Of a stretch of DNA of 64,000 bases, positions 9,824-19,088 are shown one piece after another. How positions within the stretch are numbered: position 1 is the first letter of the stretch; each line of letters begins with the position of its first letter. Position numbers and translations under genes: made by a program. Location of the stretch: NCBI GenBank assembly GCA_021157895.1, contig JAGGVQ010000006.1:8393-72392 (forward strand). The letters are read 5' to 3'. The notes below the pieces were generated by a model. The model had not been told where the DNA came from, did no database searches, and saw only the letters and a program-made list of their open reading frames with translations. This stretch comes from Dehalococcoidia bacterium. Its GTDB lineage: Bacteria; Chloroflexota; Dehalococcoidia; GIF9; AB-539-J10.

Positions 9824-10657
9824 GTGGAGAGGAGAAAGCCTGCTGTTGCAGGCATGTTCTATGCTGGTGAAGCTAAACAACTCGAGGAGCAGATTCGCTG
9901 GTGTTATCAGCATAAGATTGGTCCTGGAGTTTTACCTCAGGTTAATCAAGAAGGTCCCAGAAGGATCGCTGCTCTTGTTGTACCCCATGCTGGCTACATG
10001 TATTCTGGCCCTGTGGCAGCGCATGCCTATGGAGAGTTGGCCCGAGATGGGGTATTCGATACAGCAGTGATAATCGGGCCCAACCATACTGGTTATGGGC
10101 CTCCAGTTTCCCTGGGAACTGATAAGGAATGGCATACCCCGCTGGGAGAGGTGGAAGTAAATTGGGAGATGACTCAGAAGCTTGCAGGTGGAGTGATGCA
10201 GATAGATGAGAGCGCACACATGTATGAGCATAGTGTGGAGGTGCAGTTGCCTTGGCTTCAGCATTTATACCCGAGGGTAAAGATTGTGCCTATAACCATG
10301 TTAGCTCAAGATATGAACACCGCTTATGAGGTAGGGAGGGCTATTGCTAAAGTTGCTGATAATACCATAATTATTGCCAGCAGCGATTTCACTCACTATG
10401 AGCCCTATTCTGTAGCGAAAGAGAAAGATTTCTCTATGATTGCGGCTATAATCGGCCTTGATGAGAAGGATTTGTACCGCAAGCGCAACCTGTTGCAATG
10501 TAGCATGTGTGGGTATGGGCCTGTGGCTGCAGCTATTGTAGCAGCCCGGGAAAAGAAAGCTACTGAGGCGAAACTACTGAAGTATGCCACCAGTGGAGAT
10601 AGCACGGGAGATTTTTCCAGCGTTGTTGGTTATGCCTCTCTCGTGATGAAGTTGTAG
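9824..10657 (+). CDS. Memo-like protein (AmmeMemoRadiSam system protein B family).
   Basis: N-terminal VAGMFYAGEA and PHAGYMYSG motifs typical of the MEMO1/AmrB family. Confidence 0.8.
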   Translation: MERRKPAVAGMFYAGEAKQLEEQIRWCYQHKIGPGVLPQVNQEGPRRIAALVVPHAGYMYSGPVAAHAYGELARDGVFDTAVIIGPNHTGYGPPVSLGTDKEWHTPLGEVEVNWEMTQKLAGGVMQIDESAHMYEHSVEVQLPWLQHLYPRVKIVPITMLAQDMNTAYEVGRAIAKVADNTIIIASSDFTHYEPYSVAKEKDFSMIAAIIGLDEKDLYRKRNLLQCSMCGYGPVAAAIVAAREKKATEAKLLKYATSGDSTGDFSSVVGYASLVMKL

Positions 10658-10892
10658 CTCTTGCTATTTCCCGGCACTTGTATCTATTCCTCAATAGCTT
10701 TTCCTGTATAGCTTTGCTCGAAATCGTGTTGTTGGTTACTGCTGTGCCCATGTTGCATTGGTAGTAGTTAAGATATGGATGGAAGGCTTGGCCCACTGGG
10801 TGGAGTCGGAGATGCTTGCAGTTCGACATGTTAGGGACAGCCCTGCTGTATACTGCTAGCTAGAACCTAATTTTCAGCATAGATTCTTGTGC

Positions 10893-11162
10893 TTAAATGG
10901 TCCTTCTTTTGGTTTGGGTATCGTGAGTACCGGGAGATTCATTGTTACTAGAAATAGCTTGTTTTACCAATTTCATAGTTTGGTCCAGATTAGACAGAGA
11001 AAAAGATAACCCTAGCTGTTTGAGTTCGTGGTAACCTAATCCGTGAAACAGCCTTTGCCCAGCAACCTTAGCCATTTCATCGTATATCGTTGGCCATTCT
11101 GAGCCTCGCTGTTGGGCACAAAAGAGGATGAAATTTCGGAGCTGAGGTGGCATAACTTCCAT
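10893..11162 (-). CDS. Hypothetical 89-aa protein.
   Basis: ORF only; no recognisable motif. Confidence 0.3.
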   Translation of the reverse strand: MEVMPPQLRNFILFCAQQRGSEWPTIYDEMAKVAGQRLFHGLGYHELKQLGLSFSLSNLDQTMKLVKQAISSNNESPGTHDTQTKRRTI

Positions 11163-11340
11163 GATGTAATTAATAGTTTATCTTGTGGTAAAGGCCTTAT
11201 GGCAACATTGTTTATTGTCGGTGAGGTTTTGACTTTTCTCTTGGATGCGCCTTGAGTAATCCTTTAGTCAAGGCCTGGGCTCATCCATCAGCTAGGCCAG
11301 GAGAGATATTCTCCAAATTTTCATTTGCCACGATATAATA

Positions 11341-11700
11341 GGCGGCAGGTAAATCTATAAGCCGAATTCTGTACCTGTAATAGGTGGTGACCATCCATCT
11401 AGCCCTGATGTTACCATCAGGGTCAAGCGACCAACCCAAGAACATCAGCCGAGCACTTCAATCGTTCTTTATTTGGTCTTGCTCCAGGTGGGGTTTGCCC
11501 AACCAATTAGTCACCCAATTGCTGGTGAGCTCTTACCTCGCCATTTCACCCTTGCTCTCAAATAATGGAGCGGTGTAGTTTCTGTGGCACTTTCCGTGAG
11601 ATTACTCTCCCTGGAAGTTATCCAGCACCCTGCTCGGGGGAGTTCGGACTTTCCTCTGCGCACATCCGGTGCGAAGCGGCCACCCAATTTACCTGCCACT
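11341..11700 (-). ncRNA. rnpB: RNase P RNA (bacterial type), about 360 nt.
   Basis: The reverse complement carries GAGGAAAGTCCGAAC (P4 5' strand), AGGGTGAAATGGCGAGGTAAGAGCTCACCAGC, GGGCAAACCCCACCTGGAGCAAGACCAAATA, CTAGATGGATGGTCACC and ACAGAATTCGGCTTATAGATTTACCTGCC. The 5' GGCAGGTAAAT pairs with the 3' ATTTACCTGCC to form P1. The only ORFs in this gap are short, mutually overlapping calls. Confidence 0.9.
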
Positions 11701-11729
11701 TACCAGTGTATGTTGAAAACTTGGGTTAG

Positions 11730-12131
11730 TCAAATTTTGCTTTTTATTCCTGCTTTGGCCAGGGTATCAGAGATTTTGTTTTTCTCGCGGGGGATATATA
11801 CCACGGTGAAATTGTTCAATTCTCTGGCTAATCTGGAGGCTTCTGAGTGCAGGGTTTTTAACAGGGGGTTCTTTACCCTGTATTTGCCATTGATTTGATT
11901 GACCACTAACTGTGAATCCATGTACAGCGTGGTAGCTGTTGCCTTATAGCTTGTTGCTCTTTTCATTACGGCGATAGCCGCCTTGTATTCTGCCTGGTTA
12001 TTCGTACACAATCCGATACTCTGGCAAATGCTGGCTAACTGGTCTCCGTTTTCATTGAGAATGATTCCGCCGATGCCTCCAGGGCCGGGGTTGCCTTGTG
12101 AGGCTCCGTCAGAGTATAAACTTAAGCGCAT
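11730..12131 (-). CDS. rnhA: Ribonuclease HI.
   Basis: SDGASQGNPGPGG motif and the RNase H fold signature. Confidence 0.85.
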   Translation of the reverse strand: MRLSLYSDGASQGNPGPGGIGGIILNENGDQLASICQSIGLCTNNQAEYKAAIAVMKRATSYKATATTLYMDSQLVVNQINGKYRVKNPLLKTLHSEASRLARELNNFTVVYIPREKNKISDTLAKAGIKSKI

Positions 12132-12137
12132 ATGTAA

Positions 12138-12833
12138 TTACTCCAAGTATAATATTCTGCCACAGTTACTGCATTGGACTATCTTGCCAGCCTTTACTTG
12201 CTGCCACTCGCCTAGCGGCAATGTCACGCGGCATCCCTGACATTTGCCCTGCTCTACTTGGACTACAGCTTGCCCCTTGGCTGATTTAATTTCCTGATAA
12301 AGCTTGAGTGTTGATGGGGATGTTTGTTGTCTCATTTGCTTGCTTTGCTGTTCCAGGCCAGAGAGGCGAGACTCAATTACGCTTTTTTGTGTGGATAGAG
12401 TGTGTTGTTTTACTTGCCATTCTTGCTCTAGGGAGGTTGTTTTTTCCTCGCTTGTTGCTATCTCATCTTGCATGCCTTCCGCTTGCTCCATTAGGTTTAA
12501 CAGATGGCTCTCATCTTTGTCCAGTATATGTTTCATGCTTTTGAGTTCGAGCTCCATGTTGAGCAACTCCCGGGGGTTCTTCGCTGTGTTTTCGTAGAGG
12601 CTTTTATCAACGCGTCTAATTTTTTCTTGTATATCTTCTATCTTCCATTCTAGTTCTTGTTGTCTTTTTTCTGCCTCTTCTAGGTGTTGTTTCTGTGTAG
12701 CTAGTTGGATTCTGGCTGATATTAATGCATCAGGTTCTTGCAATTGATTACTTATATCCTGTAGAGCCTGCCTCGCCTTTTGGATCTCGAGATCAACTTG
12801 TTGCAGTTCGTAAAGTTGCTTTACCGCATTCAT
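12138..12833 (-). CDS. COG1579-type zinc-ribbon/coiled-coil protein.
   Basis: Long coiled-coil followed by a C-terminal C4 zinc ribbon (CQGCRV...CSNCGR). Confidence 0.7.
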   Translation of the reverse strand: MNAVKQLYELQQVDLEIQKARQALQDISNQLQEPDALISARIQLATQKQHLEEAEKRQQELEWKIEDIQEKIRRVDKSLYENTAKNPRELLNMELELKSMKHILDKDESHLLNLMEQAEGMQDEIATSEEKTTSLEQEWQVKQHTLSTQKSVIESRLSGLEQQSKQMRQQTSPSTLKLYQEIKSAKGQAVVQVEQGKCQGCRVTLPLGEWQQVKAGKIVQCSNCGRILYLE

Positions 12834-12879
12834 GTTGAGACCTATTGTAGGGGTGATGCTTAATTGCTGTCAAAGGCGT

Positions 12880-13593
12880 TTAGCTGTGAGGATAATCTAG
12901 TACGATAATCTGGGTCGTATCTGATTTGTGGGATTCCTTTATATTGAGTTTGGCTTTTATTGTGGAATCTTTGATTCCCATTTCCTTGAGAAACTTGTCT
13001 ACTGGCTCCAGATCTCCAGAGAGTATGGGAATTTTATAGTGCATGGGGATGGCAATGGGAGGATTTAATTGCTTCAGTATCTCTGCAGCTGTAGTAGTGC
13101 TAATCGTGGATCTCTCTCCAACGGGTAAGAACAATATATCGATGGTTCCTATTTTCTCCACCAACCCTGGAGTTAAGGGGTGCCCCAGGTCTCCCAGGTG
13201 ACATAAGACCATATTATCCATCTCAATAATGTAGAGGGTGTTGTCCCCACGGGTTTTACCTTTTTCCTCATCATGGAAAGTAGCAATGCCAGTGATAAAT
13301 ACGCCTCCTATGTCATATTCCCCGGGGCCTTTTATTTGCTTGGGGTTGCCATTGATGCCTTCGATGTAACTGTGTCCTGGATGAGGGTGGCTTATAGTTA
13401 CGATATCTGCCTGGAGTTCCTGCGGGGTATAACCTAAATCAGGAGAGTAGGGATCAGTAATAACGGTTTTTTCTGCCCCTTTGATATAGAAGCATGAGTG
13501 TCCCAGCCAGCTAATTTCCATTGGGTCTAAAGGATAGCCTTTTCCTCTAGCCTTGTCTATAGTCCTGGGTGTTGTGTTGTTTGACTGGTTCAA
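12880..13593 (-). CDS. MBL-fold metallo-hydrolase.
   Basis: HxHxDH-type motif (ISHPHPGHS). The true start is probably the internal Met at 13521, which removes the overlap with the next gene. Confidence 0.65.
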   Translation of the reverse strand: MNQSNNTTPRTIDKARGKGYPLDPMEISWLGHSCFYIKGAEKTVITDPYSPDLGYTPQELQADIVTISHPHPGHSYIEGINGNPKQIKGPGEYDIGGVFITGIATFHDEEKGKTRGDNTLYIIEMDNMVLCHLGDLGHPLTPGLVEKIGTIDILFLPVGERSTISTTTAAEILKQLNPPIAIPMHYKIPILSGDLEPVDKFLKEMGIKDSTIKAKLNIKESHKSDTTQIIVLDYPHS

Positions 13594-13963
13594 CCAGGAG
13601 GGTTAATCCCTGTTTGCTAAGAATGACGACTTCTTCCCCAGGGTCTATTTTATATGAGGTTGTTGATGATGCCTGCCATAATTCACCGCCAACCCTGATA
13701 TAGCCTTTGGGCATGAGAGGTGTTACTACCTTCCCCCTGTTTCCTGCTTCAGGGGAGGCATGTGCCCTCTTATCCAGGGCTTTCCTGCCCAGCCTGTAGG
13801 TTATATAGGCGCATGAGGCATAGGCCAGCATTATTACGATAAGAATCCAGTCGGGCAGGTGTATATCGTACTGAGGCAGAATCCAGAGCACCACTGCTAC
13901 CAGTGCTGCCTCTTCTAATAATGTGGTTACCAGGGAGTAAACGGCATACTTACGACCTTTCAT
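13547..13963 (-). CDS. NfeD-family membrane protein (short form).
   Basis: Two N-terminal TM helices and a C-terminal OB-fold-like region. Confidence 0.6.
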   Translation of the reverse strand: MKGRKYAVYSLVTTLLEEAALVAVVLWILPQYDIHLPDWILIVIMLAYASCAYITYRLGRKALDKRAHASPEAGNRGKVVTPLMPKGYIRVGGELWQASSTTSYKIDPGEEVVILSKQGLTLLVEPVKQHNTQDYRQG

Positions 13964-14038
13964 GATATTTGCCTGTAGGGCAATAATACCCTACGCGACG
14001 ATAGCCAACAAATGTTTTGACAGGATAGCATTCAGGCC

Positions 14039-14066
14039 GTTAACATATGATATTATCATGGTTAAC
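14039..14066 (+). promoter_or_regulatory. Putative BirA operator (bioO-like). Inverted GTTAAC half-sites sit 16 nt apart within a near-dyad GTTAACATATGATA/TATCATGGTTAAC. The element overlaps the birA start codon.
   Basis: The dyad is visible in the sequence. TGTTAAC/GTTAACA-type half-sites are characteristic of BirA operators (established knowledge). Confidence 0.45.
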
Positions 14067-14993
14067 GCAATGAAGGGCCAGGTGTTGCAGGAACTGCGCA
14101 GAAGTGGCACTTCGGTTTCTGGTCAGGCACTGAGCAGGAAGCTGGGCATCTCCCGGGTTTCTGTGTGGAAGCATGTTAATAGTTTGAAATCTGATGGATA
14201 TGATATAGCTGCTTCATCTCAGGGATATAGGTTGATATCTTCTCCTGACTTATTGCTTCCCTGTGAATTCCCCTGGTTGAAGCAAAAACTGTATCATTTT
14301 TATCAGGTTGATTCTACTATGAATGTGGCAAGGAGGTTAGCAAAGCAGGGGGTGGAAGCGGGGACAATTGTGGTGGCGGAGAGTCAAATGGGAGGTAGAG
14401 GCAGATTAGATAGGACATGGATCTCTCCAAAAGAAGGCATTTATCTTACTATTATTTTGCGGCCAGCGATAAGTGCTGTACATGCACCCAGGATAAATTT
14501 GATGGCTGCGGTTGCTGTGGCCATGGTTATCAGGTCTCTTTTTGGTGTAATGGCGGTCCTTAAATGGCCTAATGATGTTCTGGTCGGGGAAAAGAAGATA
14601 TGTGGAATATTAGCTGAGATGGAAGCGGAAATTGATGCTGTTCATTATGTGAATGTTGGCATTGGTCTTAATGTAAATGCATCTGTTGCTCGGGAAGAGG
14701 AGAATGCAACTTCTCTAAAAGAAGAGCTGGGCAGGCCAGTTTCCCGAAAGGAAGTTTTAGTTTCAGTGTTAGATGAAATAGATAGGCAGCAGGCTTTGTT
14801 GACAGGGGATGGCCTGCTGGAGCAATGGCGGGCTCTGAACACCACGCTGGGCAAGGATGTCAAGATTGTTATGCTGGATGGAGAGATACGAGGCAAGGCA
14901 CTGGATATTGATACTAATGGGGCGCTTGTGGTTAGGGATAGGGAAGGGAGTTTGCATAGAATTCTTGCCGGGGATTGCATTCACCTGCACTAG
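14058..14993 (+). CDS. birA: Bifunctional biotin--[acetyl-CoA-carboxylase] ligase and biotin-operon repressor BirA.
   Basis: N-terminal HTH (GQALSRKLGISRVSVWKHVNSL), a ligase core and a C-terminal SH3-like domain. The start is taken at MVNAMKGQ; the track's upstream extension (13962) is rejected. Confidence 0.85.
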   Translation: MVNAMKGQVLQELRRSGTSVSGQALSRKLGISRVSVWKHVNSLKSDGYDIAASSQGYRLISSPDLLLPCEFPWLKQKLYHFYQVDSTMNVARRLAKQGVEAGTIVVAESQMGGRGRLDRTWISPKEGIYLTIILRPAISAVHAPRINLMAAVAVAMVIRSLFGVMAVLKWPNDVLVGEKKICGILAEMEAEIDAVHYVNVGIGLNVNASVAREEENATSLKEELGRPVSRKEVLVSVLDEIDRQQALLTGDGLLEQWRALNTTLGKDVKIVMLDGEIRGKALDIDTNGALVVRDREGSLHRILAGDCIHLH

Positions 14994-15041
14994 TCCATCT
15001 TGTAGCGATTAGGCTTGATTGCAGATTCGAAGGGAGTTGAC

Positions 15042-16448
15042 ATGTTGCAATTGGCGATTATTGGCGTTTACTTCATTGTTATTATTGCCATAGGCTTATG
15101 GAGCAGGAAAAGGGTAAGCAGCCAGGAGGGCTTTTTTGTTGCCAACCGTGAAGGTACAACATTTCTTATCACCGGGTCTCTTGTGGCCACCGCTGTTGGG
15201 GGATCATCCACTGTGGGAATGGCCGGCCTGGGTTTCTCCTGGGGGTTGGTGGGTGCATGGTGGCTTCTCGTTGGGACTGCAGGACTCCTCGTTTTAGGTT
15301 TTTTATTTGCTAAGAAGGTCAGGCATACAGGGTCTTACACCTTGCCGGAGCTGGTGCGCAAGCAATATGGTGATAAGGTTGCTCTGGCAGCCTCTATCCT
15401 GATAGTTATAGCATGGGTGGGAATAGTAGCAGGGCAGATTGTTGCTGCTGGCAAGGTTCTATCTATTCTGGGAATGGGTTCTCCTACCCTGTGGATGATT
15501 GTTTTCACCATTGTTTTTATTAGCTATTCCATGCTAGGGGGGCAGCTGTCGATCATTCGCACTGATGTTTTCCAGGCAGCCATGCTATTCGGGGGAATTT
15601 TTCTCACTGCTGGGCTACTTCTTACTCGTGTAGGAGGGATGGATGGCTTGGCAACCTCTCTGCCCGCCAGCTATTTTTCCTTTCCTGTGAATCCTGAGTT
15701 CAGTTGGAAGACGCTGGTGTCTATGCTTATTCTCGTTGGTGCTACATATGTGGTGGGCCCTGACATATATACTCGTCTTTTCTGTGCCAAGGGAGAGGGC
15801 ACGGCGAGGCGCTCAGTCCTTCTCTCAGCATTTCTGTTTATTCCCCTAGCTTTTGCGATCACCTTGATAGGAATGGGAGCGAAGGTGCTCTATCCCCATA
15901 TTCCTGCTGAGCAAGCGTTCCCCCAGGTGGTAAGTGGGATTCTCTCTACTGCTATGGGAGGGCTGGTGCTCGCAGCCCTGGTTGCTGCTCTTATGTCTTC
16001 AGCAGATACCTGTGTCATGAGCCAAAGCATTATCCTGACTAATGATATAGTTAAGCAAGCTCGTGGGTCGCTTAGTGACAGGGCGGCTCTGAGACTGACT
16101 CGCCTGGGAGTGCTGGTTCTTGGCGTGATAGCCCTGCTATTAGCGCTGATGCTGAAGGGGGTAATATCATCGCTTTTCTTTGCTTACACCATTTTCACCT
16201 CGGGCCTGGTTGTTCCTGTAATTGCCGGGTTTTACCGGGAAAAGCTGAAGTTGACCTCACAAGGAGCACTGGCGGCTGTGGTTGGTGGAGGAATAGTAGG
16301 GTTGCTGGGGAAAATTCCCGTGGTGGATGTCCCTCTAAAGGATGATTTGGGTCTTATTGCTTTTGCCATAAGTGCTGTTTTGCTGTTTGCAGTCAGTTAC
16401 CTTACCCGGGGCAATAGCGTTATGAGTGTAAGCTCTCTCCGCCACTAG
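15042..16448 (+). CDS. Sodium:solute symporter family transporter (PanF/SMVT-like). Candidate biotin or vitamin transporter.
   Basis: SSF fold with about 13 TM segments, lying 50 nt downstream of birA in the same orientation. Confidence 0.75.
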   Translation: MLQLAIIGVYFIVIIAIGLWSRKRVSSQEGFFVANREGTTFLITGSLVATAVGGSSTVGMAGLGFSWGLVGAWWLLVGTAGLLVLGFLFAKKVRHTGSYTLPELVRKQYGDKVALAASILIVIAWVGIVAGQIVAAGKVLSILGMGSPTLWMIVFTIVFISYSMLGGQLSIIRTDVFQAAMLFGGIFLTAGLLLTRVGGMDGLATSLPASYFSFPVNPEFSWKTLVSMLILVGATYVVGPDIYTRLFCAKGEGTARRSVLLSAFLFIPLAFAITLIGMGAKVLYPHIPAEQAFPQVVSGILSTAMGGLVLAALVAALMSSADTCVMSQSIILTNDIVKQARGSLSDRAALRLTRLGVLVLGVIALLLALMLKGVISSLFFAYTIFTSGLVVPVIAGFYREKLKLTSQGALAAVVGGGIVGLLGKIPVVDVPLKDDLGLIAFAISAVLLFAVSYLTRGNSVMSVSSLRH

Positions 16449-16595
16449 TTCCACTGGCATTTCTGGGAAGCCTCCTGTGCTGGTAGTAGCCAGATTTTTC
16501 TTTCCTGTATTATCCCTATTCTGTTTTTGCTGTATGTTAAGCAGGCAGGATTGTGGAGTAGTAGGGAAGGTAGGATATAATAAAATAATATACAC

Positions 16596-17450
16596 ATGCA
16601 TATTGTTGTTATTGGCTTGGGACTTATTGGGGGTTCCCTCGGGCTCGCATTGCATGAGGTTCACGAACCGGGGTGGGATGTTATCGGTTATGTCCGGCGG
16701 CCTGAGCTTGCTGCGCAGATGCTCTCCCTGGGAGTGGTTGATCGCGTGGAAACTAATCTCAGGCAGGTGGTACAGGAAGCAGATATTGTTGTTGTTGCCA
16801 CTCCAGTTGTGGCAGTGAGGGAGGTGTTGTCCCAGATATCCGGCTCTATTCCCCGTGGCTGTGTAGTTACTGATACTGCCAGTACCAAGTTCCAGGTTAT
16901 GGAGTGGGCAGAGGAGTTATTACCGCCCACGGTGAATTTTATCGGTGGACATCCCATGGCAGGGAAAGAGACTTATGGAGTGCAGGCGGCTGAAGCTAGC
17001 CTATTCCGGGGGCGTATGTGGTGCCTTACACCATCAAGGAGAGCCTCTCCTGCCTCTGTGAAACAGATTACCAGTATCCTGGACAAGGCGGGTGCTATTC
17101 CCCTGGTAATGGATGCTCGAGAACACGATAATCTGGTGGCTGGTATTAGTCATTTACCTATGTTGCTATCGGCAGCCTTAACATCTGTTACTACCAGTAG
17201 CTCCTCCTGGCAAGCTATGTCTCGGTTGGCTGCGTCGGGGTATCGTGACCTTACTCGTTTGGCAGCCGGGAGCCCTGAGGTGAATTCTGATATATGTATC
17301 ACCAATAAGGAGGCTATTGTTAGTTGGATTGATCAGTTTATCGATGAGCTTGAGGAGTATCGAGCCTTGGTGGGGGCAGGTGATGAGAGATTGCAGCATA
17401 AATTGGCTGCGGCTAACAGGGCGAGACAGCAATGGCTGGACAAAACCTAA
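16596..17450 (+). CDS. tyrA: Prephenate/arogenate dehydrogenase.
   Basis: Rossmann GLGLIGGS motif and a TyrA core. Confidence 0.85.
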   Translation: MHIVVIGLGLIGGSLGLALHEVHEPGWDVIGYVRRPELAAQMLSLGVVDRVETNLRQVVQEADIVVVATPVVAVREVLSQISGSIPRGCVVTDTASTKFQVMEWAEELLPPTVNFIGGHPMAGKETYGVQAAEASLFRGRMWCLTPSRRASPASVKQITSILDKAGAIPLVMDAREHDNLVAGISHLPMLLSAALTSVTTSSSSWQAMSRLAASGYRDLTRLAAGSPEVNSDICITNKEAIVSWIDQFIDELEEYRALVGAGDERLQHKLAAANRARQQWLDKT

Positions 17451-18751
17451 TGCAAACAGTTAAACCCTCTCCCCATTTACAAGGGGAGGTCTTATTGCCC
17501 GGGGATAAGTCTATTTCTCATCGTGTTGCCATTCTGGATAGTTTGAGCCAGGGTAAGTCTACAATCAAGAATTTCGCCCCGGGCAGAGATTGTTGGCATA
17601 CTGTCACCTGCTTGAAAGCCCTGGGAGTGCCAATCCAAATACTTAAATCTCAGAGTACACTTTCCTTGTCGGTTTCCGGGCGAGGGAGGATGGGCTTCAG
17701 GGAGCCTCGGGATGTACTCTATGCTGGCAATAGCGGGACCACAATGCGCCTCCTTAGTGGTTTGCTTGCTGCTCAGCCTTTTCTATCTATCATTACCGGT
17801 GATGCCTCTCTGCGTGGGCGTCCCATGAGCAGATTGATTGAGCCCTTGCGGCTGATGGGTGCTGAAATATGGGGGAGAGAACAGGACTTACTGGCTCCTC
17901 TGGTTATTCGGGGGAGGGCCTTGCATGGTGCTGAGATTCCTTTAACTATTCCGAGCGCTCAAATCAAGTCGGCAATTTTGCTCGCTGGCCTTTTTGCTCA
18001 GGGCAATACGGTGTTGTATCAGTCGGTTAAATCGCGGGATCATACCGAGAGATTGCTTACAGCTATGGGGGCAAAGTTAGATACAGATGGCAACCACCTG
18101 TGTCTGAGTCCGTTAACTATGCCGTTATCCTCCATTAGCTTTCGTGTCCCCGGTGATCTCAGCTCAGCCGCCTACTTTCTGGTTGCTGGTGCTATTCACT
18201 CCAATGCCAGGATAACGGTGAGAGCTTGTGGCATTAATCCCACGCGAACAGGGATAATTGATGCTCTTGTTGCCATGGGGGCTAAGATTCAAATGCGGAA
18301 TGAAAGAATGGAGGTAGGTGAACCACTGGCTGATATTACAGTTGAATCGAGTGAGTTGAGGGGGATTGAGATGGGGGGGGGTATTATTCCTCGCATTATT
18401 GATGAGCTTCCCATTTTGGCTGTGGCAGCCTGTGTTGCTCGTGGCAGGACTGTAATCAGGGGTGCCGGCGAGTTGCGAGTGAAGGAATCTGACAGGATTG
18501 CGGCCATGCTCAAGGAACTGGGGAAGATGGGGGCCGATATTGAGGAGTTAGCAGATGGTATGATTATCACTGGAGGCAAGAGATTGCGAGGGGCGAAGGT
18601 TGATAGCCATTCAGATCATAGATTGGCTATGAGCCTGGCAATAGCCGGATTATTGGCTACGGGAGAAACAATTATCAATCGTGCTCAGGTAACACAGATA
18701 TCGTATCCCGCTTTCTGGCAAGAGCTACAACGATTGGTTGAGCGAGCTTGA
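17432..18751 (+). CDS. aroA: 3-phosphoshikimate 1-carboxyvinyltransferase (EPSP synthase).
   Basis: LPGDKSISHR motif and full length. A G9 homopolymer lies at 18373-18381. Confidence 0.95.
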   Translation: MAGQNLMQTVKPSPHLQGEVLLPGDKSISHRVAILDSLSQGKSTIKNFAPGRDCWHTVTCLKALGVPIQILKSQSTLSLSVSGRGRMGFREPRDVLYAGNSGTTMRLLSGLLAAQPFLSIITGDASLRGRPMSRLIEPLRLMGAEIWGREQDLLAPLVIRGRALHGAEIPLTIPSAQIKSAILLAGLFAQGNTVLYQSVKSRDHTERLLTAMGAKLDTDGNHLCLSPLTMPLSSISFRVPGDLSSAAYFLVAGAIHSNARITVRACGINPTRTGIIDALVAMGAKIQMRNERMEVGEPLADITVESSELRGIEMGGGIIPRIIDELPILAVAACVARGRTVIRGAGELRVKESDRIAAMLKELGKMGADIEELADGMIITGGKRLRGAKVDSHSDHRLAMSLAIAGLLATGETIINRAQVTQISYPAFWQELQRLVERA

Positions 18752-18814
18752 TAATCGCATGATGATAAGAGTGTTAACGTATTAATTAATTTAATAATGT
18801 AAAGGGAGGATGAC

Positions 18815-19087
18815 ATGAGTGTCAGGCTAACTCATATAGGGTTTGGCAATATTATTGCTGTTAACCGTGTCCTGTCTCTGCTTTCTGTAAATCAACAACC
18901 GGTTAAGCGTTACATCAAGGAGGCGAGGACTAAGGGTCTCTTGATCGATGCCACCCATGGTCGTAAGGTAAAAACAGCCATTATCTTTGATACAGGGCAT
19001 GTCATCTTGGCTGCTGTGGCGCCGGAGACAATTGCTCACCGGTTAAGTGATAGCCCTGATGTAACTGGGGATAAAGAGGAGTTGTAG
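18815..19087 (+). CDS. remA: RemA/DUF370-family regulator.
   Basis: IGFGN...IDATHGRK...PETIAHRL signature. The conserved remA-gmk adjacency is present. Confidence 0.85.
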   Translation: MSVRLTHIGFGNIIAVNRVLSLLSVNQQPVKRYIKEARTKGLLIDATHGRKVKTAIIFDTGHVILAAVAPETIAHRLSDSPDVTGDKEEL

Positions 19088-19088
19088 C

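Noticed and set aside
11384-11898. Three short ORFs (11384-11578, 11511-11699, 11584-11898).
   Set aside because: They mutually overlap and sit exactly on the RNase P RNA gene.
13962-14057. Upstream extension of birA to 13962.
   Set aside because: It would read across the putative operator and the divergent promoter region. The conserved BirA N-terminus begins at MVNAMKGQ.
16335-16664. A 109-aa minus-strand ORF across the SSF-tyrA junction.
   Set aside because: It overlaps the ends of two well-supported plus-strand genes and has a low-complexity composition.
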